Source of the DNA: Zygnema circumcarinatum SAG 698-1b
Taxonomy: Eukaryota > Plantae > Zygnematophyceae
Assembly: GCA_037447605.1 (NCBI GenBank)
Contig: CM074810.1
Span: forward strand, 1,708,880-1,772,879
Length of the DNA: 64,000 nucleotides
Reading direction: 5' to 3'
The notes below the pieces were generated by a model. It did not search any database. It saw only the letters and a program-made list of their open reading frames with translations, and was not told where the DNA came from. The translations under genes and the position numbers were made by a program. Positions within the stretch are counted from its first letter, which is position 1, and every line of letters starts with the position of its first letter. Of the stretch, positions 1 through 16,886 are shown one piece after another.

Positions 1-199
1 TCTAGCCGTTCTGTGGGGGCTACCTCACAACACCAACAACAACAGCAAGATCCATAGTGTGAACACTTTGCGGTCCAGTGTGAATAGGTCCTATTTTATC
101 TCGATCCCGTCCAAGAGAGGTTAATGACCTACAAGCTTCTCCCTCCTGTAGATTCAGTTATTTTTTTGGACCAAATTCTGTCCAAATTTTTGGTTCAAG

Positions 200-6098
<5,899 letters not shown>

Positions 6099-6920
6099 GC
6101 AGTTCCATGCTCGTTGATACCGTTGCTGTTCCGTTGTAGAGGACCGATTGTGTTTTCAGTCTTAAACCTTAAACCTTGGACCTTAGTATTGGGTGAAACT
6201 TTCTGGATGATTGGAGAGGGGGAGGGTGAGTGTGGAAGGAGGGAGGGCTTCTATCGCTCCTGTTGCTGTACCCTGAGGTGTTCAGAGGTGGAGCGTTGCC
6301 ATTGGCTGTAAAATAGCAAGTCTACGACATTCCGTTTCCGTTTCCGTTTCCATTTTCTGTTACTGATGGTGTTGCTTTTATACTTTACTCCCTTCAAATC
6401 AGAGGCCGTTTACTGTACAACCGCCGCTCTATGACCTTCCATTTTGTTTTATTTCGTCAGTTGTGCGCCGTTCTGTTGTTGTCCCAGTTTGATTAATCTG
6501 GTATTGTACAGACCATTGGAAGCTCCCTTGTTTGGGAGCGGCTTTATGTCGCCCTTCGCATTGTGGTGGAGGTGATGCGTGAGCGAGAGCTCACGTCTCT
6601 GTCTGATGACAGAGATGGGTCGAACAAAGCATGAAACCACAGTAAAGTACTTTGTTTCTTCTTTCAGATTAACATAGAGTGGTACGAAAGCATAGAAGGG
6701 ACGATCGAAGAGCACAAGAATACAGTTGTATCAAGTTAATCAGAAAAAGAGGTGGAAGAATAAGTATCAGAGTTCTCAATTCTCGCATTTCCAAAAGAAA
6801 ACTGGGATTTCTTTTGACTACGATTAAAACAAGTTATAGATGACGACTCTGCACTGCCTGCTCCGTGAACTGCCACTGAATCAGGATTAGTTCAGTCCCA
6901 GCTAATCGGTCAGCTTAGAG

Positions 6921-8606
6921 TCAACTCCCAAGCCGAGTAAATACCAAAGCGTCCACATAGAGACCGTGTTTCCGTTTCATCTCCATCAGCTCAGTTTCAA
7001 CATATAGTTGAACGTGCTCGGTCGCCATCACAGAATTTTGAACCCCTTCTAAACCCATCTTTCCCTCACTATCTCTCCCTTCCTCCCCCTCTATTCCCCT
7101 CTCTTCCCCTGCCTCCCCCTCGCCCCCCCCTTCCCCCGCTTCCCCTCCCCCTCTCTCTCTCCCCCTCTCCCTCCGCCCCCCTCTCTCCCTGCCTCCCTCC
7201 CACTCCCCCTCTCTCCCTCCCTCCCCCTCTCCTCCTGCCCCCCCTTCCCCCTCCCCCTCTTCCCCTTCCCCTCCCGCTCTCCCTCTCCCCCTCTCCCTCC
7301 GCCCCCCTCTCTCCCTACCTCCCTCCCACTCCCTCCCTCCCCCTCCCTCCCCTTCTCTCCCTCCCCTCTCTCTCCCACTCACCCCCTCTACCACCGTCAC
7401 TTCCCCCACCACCACCTCACTCCACTCCGGAAGCACCCTCACAGCCGCCATGGATATGTCCACCGTCTGAAAAATTTCCGGCTTTCCGAATACTGAAATT
7501 CTGCTTTCCAGAGTACTGGCTTTGCCCCCCTCCGCCGCCTGCCATGAAAACGGAAATCCGGGCTGAGTCCGCATTTGGGGCTCCCTCGCCAACCGCCACG
7601 ACATGGAATACCTCCCAGTTTGTAAATTTACGTAAAACTGAAATTTTAAACTGAACCAATTCCTGGCACATATATGCGCTGACTCGCCGAAGGAAGAGAC
7701 CCCAATTGGCCTCCTCTCGGGCAGTTCGTTGCCCGCATTCAAAATTTTCGCGGTCGATATCGACAGGCGCAGGCTGCCCGAGTAAGGGCAAAGAAAAAGC
7801 TTCTGATTTTTTTCTGCGGTCAGAAAAATCCCCTCCATCGACAATCGACGTATCAGCATCCAGGAAGCTCCTCCGGGCAGCCAATCAACTTTCAATAAAA
7901 TTGGGGGGCCTCGATTTTTTTCTGATTCTTGATAGAGAAAATTTTGGGGCGAATTTCGGAGCCATCGGTGGACACGTGTCGTGATGTGGAGCCACGCGGT
8001 GTCGGAAGCCGCAGCTCGGGCAAATGAGCGGCTGACACGTGTCATCCGGAGAGCATCAGAGGGAGGGAGGTGAGAGAGGATGAGAGCGATGCAGTCGTCC
8101 GGAACTTCGGAGAATGTGCCGATGTGATTGGACGGAGGGCAGGGAGAGGGAGAGGGAGAGGGAGTGGGAGAGGGAGAGGGAAAGGAAGAGGGAGAGGGAG
8201 AGGGAGAGGGAGAGGGATAGGGATAGGGAGAGGGAGAGGGAGAGGGAGAGGGAGAGGGAGAGGGAGGGGGAGGGGGAGGGGGAGAGGGAGATGGAGAGGG
8301 AGAAGGAGAGGGAGAGAGAGTGGGAGTGAGAGAGGGAAGGAGAGAGGGAGAGGGAGAGGGAGATGGAGCCGTCATCTTCTCTACCACCAAGGCTGCTAGT
8401 CTCTCTCTCTCTCTCTCGCCCTCTTCTCCCCCTCCCCCTCTCTCTCTCCCTCTCTTGTCCTCTCTCTCTCTCTCGTCCGAACGCCCTCGTACGGACCGCC
8501 CCTCGCGCTGCGACCTCTGACTGGACGAGGCCTCGCCCGAGTTTGCAACCATGACGTCATCCAGTCTCTCACGGCGCAGCCAATGACGACATATATGACG
8601 GCACAC
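6921..8606 (-). CDS. F-box protein with a PP2 (phloem protein 2)-like C-terminal domain and two low-complexity inserts; true start uncertain (MVANSGE... or MTAPSP...)
   Basis: 561-aa ORF with F-box [39 protein letters not shown], and PP2-like segments [18 protein letters not shown] and terminal [11 protein letters not shown]. Confidence 0.75.
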   Translation of the reverse strand: MCRHICRHWLRRERLDDVMVANSGEASSSQRSQREGRSVRGRSDEREREDKRGRERGGGGEEGERERERLAALVVEKMTAPSPSPSPSLLPSLTPTLSPSPSPSPSPSPPPPPPPSPSPSPSPSPSPYPYPSPSPSPSPSSFPSPSPTPSPSPSPCPPSNHIGTFSEVPDDCIALILSHLPPSDALRMTRVSRSFARAAASDTAWLHITTRVHRWLRNSPQNFLYQESEKNRGPPILLKVDWLPGGASWMLIRRLSMEGIFLTAEKNQKLFLCPYSGSLRLSISTAKILNAGNELPERRPIGVSSFGESAHICARNWFSLKFQFYVNLQTGRYSMSWRLAREPQMRTQPGFPFSWQAAEGGKASTLESRISVFGKPEIFQTVDISMAAVRVLPEWSEVVVGEVTVVEGVSGRERGGREGEGGGGREWEGGRERGGRRERGRGRAGGEGEEGEGEGGAGGEGEGGREGEWEGGRERGGRRERGRERGGGEAGEGGGEGEAGEERGIEGEEGRDSEGKMGLEGVQNSVMATEHVQLYVETELMEMKRKHGLYVDALVFTRLGS

Positions 8607-10766
8607 ACATTATCCAATGTCGGTGTCAAGGTCTCGCCGACAAAATCATAGGTATGCCACGTGTCACTTCGCGCATGGGTAGACCGTGTGCGACAAACGT
8701 ATCGAAATATCGCCGACGTATTGGGTCGGACCGGCCAAAACGTGCCGGCGCCGGCAAACTCGCCGGCAGCGGAACGGTCCGTCGGCCGTCGGAAGGACCG
8801 GTACGATATGTGTTCGTCACAGACGGTACGCCGGCGATATGGAAATATCTCGATTTCAGTTAAACGACAATACTGTAATATAATGGCCGCCCTGGTGACG
8901 TTTGGTCGGTGACTCGTGATTGGCTGCATTTGAGGGTTTAGGGTTTCTTCCACCTGACGGTTAAGGCGGTTAATTTTTTATGTTACTTTTTCAATAAGAT
9001 TAAGAAGTTTAAGAATAAAGATTAAAACAAAAACAAATGATTTTCTTGCATTCGGAGGAGAAATCGACGTGGGAAGAACTGCCTCCGAACTTGAATGTGA
9101 GTGCAACGTTCAAAAAAAAAAAAAAAGATTTATGATTTTTAACTATTGGAATATCACATGAAAAATTCAATCTTCGAATGTTTAGGGTTTTGCCTCCATT
9201 ACTGTCCTAATTTTTCTCATACAAATTTAAGGATTTTTTTTCGTCGAGAATTTTCCTGCTGTTTAAAAACGATAGGTGAGCTTCTGGAATGTTCTTTCAT
9301 TGTTTTTTCAGAATTTTTTTTTTCCAAGTTGCAAACTAGGGTTTAAGTTTTTAACTGGAGTTAGTGGAGCAAAAGAAGAGAGAGAATGTGGGCGACGGGA
9401 GATAGGGGGATTCAAGAGAGGGAGAGACCTCTCCCCCTTTCCTCCCTCTTCTCTCTCCCTATCTCTCTCCCTCTCTCTCTCTCGCTCTCTNNNNNNNNNN
9501 AGGGAGAGGGAGAGGGAGAGGGAGAGGGAGAGGGAGAGGGAGGGGGAGGGGGAGGGGGAGAGGGAGATGGAGAGGGAGAAGGAGAGGGAGAGAGAGTGGG
9601 AGTGAGAGAGGGAAGGAGAGAGGGAGAGGGAGAGGGAGATGGAGCCGTCATCTTCTCTACCACCAAGGCTGCTAGTCTCTCTCTCTCTCTCTCGCCCTCT
9701 TCTCCCCCTCCCCCTCTCTCTCTCCCTCTCTTGTCCTCTCTCTCTCTCTCGTCCGAACGCCCTCGTACGGACCGCCCCTCGCGCTGCGACCTCTGACTGG
9801 ACGAGGCCTCGCCCGAGTTTGCAACCATGACGTCATCCAGTCTCTCACGGCGCAGCCAATGACGACATATATGACGGCACACACATTATCCAATGTCGGT
9901 GTCAAGGTCTCGCCGACAAAATCATAGGTATGCCACGTGTCACTTCGCGCATGGGTAGACCGTGTGCGACAAACGTATCGAAATATCGCCGACGTATTGG
10001 GTCGGACCGGCCAAAACGTGCCGGCGCCGGCAAACTCGCCGGCAGCGGAACGGTCCGTCGGCCGTCGGAAGGACCGGTACGATATGTGTTCGTCACAGAC
10101 GGTACGCCGGCGATATGGAAATATCTCGATTTCAGTTAAACGACAATACTGTAATATAATGGCCGCCCTGGTGACGTTTGGTCGGTGACTCGTGATTGGC
10201 TGCATTTGAGGGTTTAGGGTTTCTTCCACCTGACGGTTAAGGCGGTTAATTTTTTATGTTACTTTTTCAATAAGATTAAGAAGTTTAAGAATAAAGATTA
10301 AAACAAAAACAAATGATTTTCTTGCATTCGGAGGAGAAATCGACGTGGGAAGAACTGCCTCCGAACTTGAATGTGAGTGCAACGTTCAAAAAAAAAAAAA
10401 AAGATTTATGATTTTTAACTATTGGAATATCACATGAAAAATTCAATCTTCGAATGTTTAGGGTTTTGCCTCCATTACTGTCCTAATTTTTCTCATACAA
10501 ATTTAAGGATTTTTTTTCGTCGAGAATTTTCCTGCTGTTTAAAAACGATAGGTGAGCTTCTGGAATGTTCTTTCATTGTTTTTTCAGAATTTTTTTTTTC
10601 CAAGTTGCAAACTAGGGTTTAAGTTTTTAACTGGAGTTAGTGGAGCAAAAGAAGAGAGAGAATGTGGGCGACGGGAGATAGGGGGATTCAAGAGAGGGAG
10701 AGACCTCTCCCCCTTTCCTCCCTCTTCTCTCTCCCTATCTCTCTCCCTCTCTCTCTCTCGCTCTCT
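8225..10766. repeat. Identical direct duplication (8225-9490 = 9501-10766, offset 1276) across a 10-N gap; probable scaffolding artefact
   Basis: ORF track repeats identically at +1276 (8396/9672, 8626/9902, 9146/10422). Both copies abut the gap at a microsatellite. Confidence 0.85.
9883..10312. promoter_or_regulatory. Short bidirectional promoter between the divergent F-box gene (-) and NTAN1 (+)
   Basis: Head-to-head arrangement ~0.43 kb apart once the duplication is collapsed. Contains GCCACGTGTC (G-box/ABRE-like), reverse CCAAT and TTTAGGGTTT (telo-box-like) motifs. Confidence 0.5.
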
Positions 10767-11493
10767 CTCTCCCTCTCACTCCCTCCCTCTCCCTCTCCCA
10801 CTTCTCTCTTGCTTCCCCCCTCCCTCATCTCCAACTCTCTCTCTCTCTCTCTCTTCTCTCTCCCCCACCCTCCCCCTCTCTCTCTCTCTCTCACACGCAC
10901 ACACACCCCCCTCCTTTCCCCCTCTCCCTCCCATCCTTTCTCTCCCTCCCATTTCTAAACCTTCTTTTTCTTCAAACTTTCTATCCTCGTTCATTCTTTT
11001 AGTTTTTTATACTAAATTTCCAAACCTCGCTTGCTTGCAGGGCCCAGACTCGCTCTTACTCGCGTTGGAGCATCCCTCCATCTTAAAGTCCGCCAATTTA
11101 TTTTTGCAGCTGCCCACAACATCAGTTACGCTGCCCGGAGAAGGAACATTGCCACCTTCTAAGGGCTACAAATGCAATAATTTCACTCCGATTCTGGACA
11201 GAAAATCGGTCTACATTTCGCAAAGAGAAGTCGCTCTGACTGAAGGGACCAACGTTGAGGTAGGCAGACATATCCTTTATATGTACATGAAAGAAAGGGA
11301 AAGTAAGCGACAAAAACAGAAGATGATTTGGGTACTCTTGCTGGGAGGGGATGAGAGAGAGAGAGGGGGGGGAGAGAGGGGGAGAGAGTGAGAGAGGGGG
11401 GGGGGACAGAGGGGGAAAAAGAGAGAGGGGGAGAGAGAGAGGGAGAGAGAGAAGGGAAAAGGAGAGGGGGAGAGAGAGGGGGAGAGAGAGAGG

Positions 11494-11527
<34 letters not shown>

Positions 11528-11616
11528 ATCTGACGGCTGCGTTCCGTACAGGTCATCGGTACGGACGAGATGACCACATGCATGGCTTTGGTGGTCCGCA
11601 GCTCCACCTCTCCCAG
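10313..11616 (+). CDS. NTAN1: Protein N-terminal asparagine amidohydrolase, 5' part only: exons 10313-10372 (tentative), 11041-11259, 11552-11616; remainder lost in the 100-N gap
   Basis: Spliced GPDSLLLALEHPSILKSANLF...SVYISQREVALTEGTNVE|VIGTDEMTTCMALVVRSSTS matches the plant NTAN1 pattern (VYIFQRE...GTDEATTCVGLVIR, catalytic Cys). Splice sites are canonical. Confidence 0.85.
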
Positions 11617-11946
11617 GTCCGCCCTCCCCCTCCTTAAGGGAGAAGGGGAAGGAGGGAAGGAAGGGGGGGTTGACCATGGATGGAAGCAAAACCCTAAATT
11701 TGCAAAACAAAACCAAATAACTTGTTCGCTTTCCTTTTCGTTTGTGGATGTTGATCGGAAATCACGCCAAAAAGGTCCTTGGGCTGCCCTTAGAGAAGAG
11801 ATTGTAGGGTTTAAAGGGGTTGTAGGATTTTCATTTAGGGTTTATATGGTTTCAAGGATTTGCATGATTTTAGGGTTTTATTTAAATGAAATCTAGAAGA
11901 AACGCAAGAAGTCAATCGATTATTTTTTTTTGTTGATTTCTTTTAT

Positions 11947-12046
11947 NNNNNNNNNNNNNNNNNNNNNNNNNNNNNNNNNNNNNNNNNNNNNNNNNNNNNN
12001 NNNNNNNNNNNNNNNNNNNNNNNNNNNNNNNNNNNNNNNNNNNNNN
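11947..12046. other. 100-N scaffold gap of unknown true size between two convergent truncated genes
   Basis: Run of 100 N. Confidence 0.95.
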
Positions 12047-12405
12047 CCGAGGTTCTAGTAGAAACAAGGAAGAAGGTGCAGAGGAGGGGGAGAAAGGAGG
12101 AAGGCGGCGAGGCAGAACGAGAGGAGGGAAAGAGGAAGAAAGGGGAGATGGGGAGAGTGGACGAGAGAGAAAAGAAGAAGGAAGGGCGGGGCGAAATCGG
12201 GAATAAAACTGCAGAATTGAATTTTGGATACAAAAGGGGCCGGGAGAGGTAGGAAGGCAGAGAGAGGGAGAGAGAGAGAGAAAAAATTTAAAAACCTTAA
12301 AACCTGAAAACCCAAATATCTAGAAGCGTCAAATGTTGTGTAAGACCTTGATATTAAAAGAAATAAGTTGGGGTTTTTTCCAAACCCGTAATGTCACGCG
12401 CTGAC

Positions 12406-12473
12406 CTGTAGAAGCCCTCCTCGACAATTGCGTATCGGAAAGGCGGAATGAGCTCGTGCTGCTTCGACCCCAT
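12406..12473 (-). CDS. First coding exon of an OCA/Siw14-like (PFA-DSP) atypical dual-specificity phosphatase; the rest falls in the gap
   Basis: ATG at 12473 gives MGSKQHELIPPFRYAIVEEGFY(R), then AG|GTCAGC donor. Resembles the family N-terminal motif LIPPxxFxxVExGxYRxxYP. Too short for the ORF track. Confidence 0.65.
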
Positions 12474-12979
12474 TTTTCAGTATGTTGTGCTTGAAGCGGT
12501 TAAGATACGGGAATTGGGATCCTGGTTATAGGCACAATTCGGAATCAAAGGCGAAAAACAGACACAGTTTTCAGAATGTGAAGGGGAAAACGTAAGTTAC
12601 GGAATTGAAGGAGATTTTTTTCTCTGAATTTGGGGTTGATTCTTTAATTCAACGGATGTCATAGACGTTTTTTTCTTTCATTTTACATTTCCAGACCTAA
12701 TAATTTTAGGGTTTTCTACTCGGCAGGGAAATGTTTACCCTCGGGAGACGCAGGCCTTCAGGGCGTTCTGAAGGTTCCTAGAAAGTACGTAACCCTAATT
12801 TCCATGTTGAACCTCAAAATGTGGAACCGCTTCTGCGTGGGTCAACCTCCGTTTCGCGCATGTACGAATGTTACATGCAGGGTATATTCCAACGCAGTTA
12901 CAAATGGTAACGTTGGAGTTCAACACAGATCGCCGCACATGGAAACACTGTACGGCAATGACGATTTTTTAGGGGTACA

Positions 12980-13200
12980 GTAGTGCTAAATTCACACCTT
13001 TTTGTCTAGACACAGACCTTTTTTCGCCGGGCAGATTTTAAAATAGACAAAAAGGTTTAAAAACGGAAAATGTTTTTTTCACACATTTTTGGCATCGATA
13101 CACATCTTTTTCCGTCGGGCAGATTTTATTTTACAATCCGCTAGGAGCGGACGATCCGTCCGCCACGAGATCGTTCGCGGGTGTGCGTTATTCACACGTT
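12980..13200. mobile_element. Truncated copy (one arm) of the long-TIR non-autonomous element family also at 46651 and 51041
   Basis: GTAGTGCTAAATTCACACCTTTTTG...CCGGGCAGATTTTAAAATAGACAAAAAGG...ACGGAAAATG aligns by eye with the left arms at 46651 and 51041. Confidence 0.75.
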
Positions 13201-13875
13201 CGTTCAATCTTCACCGTCGATCTCTTTACATATCGCACCACGATATGTAAATGACCGTACGTTTGCGTACGGTCACTTTTTGTATGTTTTTTTCCGGTAT
13301 GTGTTCGCAGGGCCGTCTCTGATCTTTCCTTGAAAAAAAATTCTTTATTGTCCTTTTTTGGAATTTCATAGACAAGCGTCGCGACTACTTTTGATAAAGT
13401 CACGTTCTTAAGGGGAGAGGCGGAGGAGGGGAGGGATCAGAGTTGTATTTTTTTTGGAGGAAATTCTGTATGGAAATTTCGTTCTTGATCATTGCGTAGG
13501 TATTTTCTTCCTCACTTTTGTCCGTTTTGTGTTGAACGCTGTACAAAACCACAAAACAGTAGGGCTGGTCAAACTTCTACGGTCAAACCTTTGCAGCAAA
13601 ACATTGACTTCTGAAATGAAGCAACTGTCACGTCACGAAGAAACCTCCCCTTTTAAAAACTTCCAAATCATAAAAATCGAAATTTCAATTTCGTTATTGA
13701 GCCGTGCCAACAAAACTCCGCCTCTCGAGGAGGATCCAAACCGAAAAAAATTCAAAATAAATTCCTCCAACCCTAAACCCCAATTGGGGCATGCAGTCAG
13801 TCAGTCACTTGACCTATAAAAAAATAGGCCCTAATACTAAACCTAAAAATCCATAACTCTTTCTTTCTTAAATTC

Positions 13876-15152
13876 CTAAAAATAAGTCGCCACCTCCTTC
13901 CACAAAGTCGGAAGGGAGAGCACATTTTCCTCCGTATATCGCGCCTTGACCTGCCCCGGCTCATATATAAACTCTTGGGGAATTTCAGAGCTTTTGGGCC
14001 CAAAGGCCTGCGCTATTGTGAAGCGGAGGGCGCCTTGTACGGGAAGGGCCGGCGGCGCATACTGGTTCGATTCCAGGCCCAATTTCGTAACATCGTCGCC
14101 GTAAAATTCCGCAAAATCATCGACGACGAATCCGACGGCTCCGTCAGAAAACGCAAACGGCCCCGCGCCACTTTTACCGCCGATCGTGACAACTGTCACG
14201 TTGTGGAGCTGCCGCATTTGGTAGCTAAAGAGGGCGCAGGTGGAGAAGCAGAGGCCGTTAGAGAGGATGATGATTTTCGTGGAATCGAAAAGTGGCGCTG
14301 TGGGGAGATCTATATAGTAAGAATTTTGGAGAAATTCGAATAAGTCAGTAAGTTTGAAGAGGGCGGAGTAGGGTTCAGTGTGGTTGTTATAAGTTCGGTT
14401 TGTGAGGGGAAGGAAGAAGTCGGAGGATGAATTGAAGGGTTGGCCGTTCAGATCTTCATAGCTAGAGTAGGAATAGTCGGAAGCTGTGTCCTTGAGGGCA
14501 GATGCTTCGCTGTACGCCTTTTGAGCAAAGAGATTCGCTTTGAATTGGGAGGCGAAGCCGGGGTAGCCTGAAGTAGGGAAGAAGAGCTGAGTAAGGAAAG
14601 CTGCCGTGGCTGCATACCCGCCTCCATTGTTGCTGAGATCGATGATCAGCTGAGAAGCTCCGGAGTTGCTGAAGGAAGGAGGAGAGGGCAAAAAAAAGGG
14701 AAGGAAAAAAAAGGAAACGAAACGAGAAGGATATATGAGGTAGACAGATAGAGAGATTGAGTTCAAATGGCAGAAATGGAAGTCACAGCATCAAAAGGGA
14801 GTGGAAGAAGTCAGTAATGCCCAAGGATCTTAAAGTGAGGAGATAGGGTCAGGATCCAGAGTGGAGGAGGGAAGGGAAAAGCAAAGGACACGAAGAATTT
14901 GAGTTCGAAGGAGAATTTTAAAGAAGGAGAATTCGGAAAGCAGTGAAAAGGGAGACATTCTGAGAGAGATGGGAGGAGAGAAAGGGGGGGAGTGGGAGTG
15001 TGAGCAAATGGGGCTACAAATGTGTGAGGTAGGGGCAAGAAGAGAAATGGAAGAAAGAGGTTTGAGTTTAAAGAGAAGTAAACAGAATATCCGACAGGAT
15101 TGAGCGACTTCTGAAAACTGGCCAAAAAAAAGCGGACGAGAGAGAGAGAGAG

Positions 15153-15247
<95 letters not shown>

Positions 15248-16830
15248 GAGAGAGAAACATTGGGAATGAGAGGGAGGCAGCACAGAAGAAAATTATTGCA
15301 GAAAGGGAGACGGAGATAGACTCGGGAGCGAGGAATTCAAGAGTGAGAGTGGGAGGAGGGTACTAACGCGAGAGTACTGTATCCTGTCAGGAGCTCATCC
15401 GCGAAATCCAGTTCAGTGCTCCCTGCTGACTGGTTGTCTGTCGGTTTGCCTGTAAAGTCCGGAATGGTCATCACTGCAGTTTTTTGGTCCTCCAATAGCA
15501 CGACCTAGCCGCCACCCCAAAAAAAAATAAAAACCAAAACAACAAGGGAAGCAATAACGGAAAATATAAACTAGTCAAGAAAGGAAAAGGAGAAGACAAG
15601 TCCCGCTCGCTCTCCTCCCCCTCCCTTCGCCCCTCCGCCTCTCCTCCCCTCCCCTCAAATCTCCCCTCTCCTCCGCTTCCCCTCCCTCCCTCCTTCCTCC
15701 CTCTCCTTCCTCCTCTCCTCCCTCCCTCCTCCCCTACCTCTCCGCCTTCCCTTTTCCCCTCCCTCCCTCCCTCCCCTCCTTCCTCTCCTCCCCCCCTTCG
15801 CCCCTCCCTTTGCCCTTTCCCCCTTCCCCCTTCCCTCCCCTTCGCCCCTCCCTCCTTCCCTCCCCTCAACCCCCTCCTCCCTTTGCCCCTCCACCCCTCC
15901 CTTTCTCCCTCCCTCCCTTCGCCCTTCCCCCCCTTCGCCCCTCTCTCCCTCCTTCCCTCACCTGAACGAAGTCAGACGTGTTAGACAGCCGCTGATAGGG
16001 CTGTGTGGTTTCCTCCATAGTGGTATACATCTCCGGCCTGCCACGTGGCGAGCGCAGAGGGCGCTCCCGAGGAGTGTTGTACGGAGAGCGGCGCCCGCGA
16101 GCATCGAGAGAAGCGCTCCCTGTGCTTGCAGCGGTTGCTGCGCAGTTCAGTTCGTAAAACTGAGAACTGTCGTTGAAGTTATCGCCCACGTATATGACAA
16201 GATATGGAACTTCAAATGTCTCTGATGTGGTGGAAGTCTTCCTGCAAATGTACGACAATGGAAAATGTCAACATCACGTCGTAGTACAGTAGGACCCCAT
16301 CATATTTTCCACCTGGTTTTAGCAAATATCCGGCGAAAATATTGTTTTTGGCAAGGTCCGTGTTACCAATAGGTGAGCGGAATTATGTTAGAGTTCATGT
16401 ATGTCCGTACGTATCGCATCGTATCGTTTGCTGTCATATCGCTATTACAACTCGTACGGCTAGTACGGAAAGTACCGTATCGGATCGTATCGCATCGTGC
16501 CATATCGTATCGAAGCCAAGAAGAAGGGGGGAAGAGTGAGCGCCTCTTACGGCGGCACGTGTGGGGAGAGTAGGTGAAGTTTTGCGTAAGCCTGTGACGG
16601 CTAGTACAGCTAGTACGGCTAGTACGGCTAACACAAAGTTACTGTACAAAAAAGTGGTTTCGGCAAAATTGGTGCGAATTTATTGGTGACGCACTTTTGG
16701 AGGGGAAAATATGATGGGGTCCTACTGTACTTGTGGCATGCATGAATCGGAAAATGCATGCTTGTGTAGACATGCATGATTGCATGGGTTCACAAGTACT
16801 AAGCAACTATCCATCTACTTNNNNNNNNNN

Positions 16831-16886
<56 letters not shown>

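Noticed and set aside
9412-9882. Second, truncated F-box gene copy
   Set aside because: Part of the 1276-bp artefactual duplication.
14060-14080. GGTTCGATTCC tRNA T-loop/B-box-like motif
   Set aside because: Lies within the S41-A coding exon; no cloverleaf or A-box could be built.
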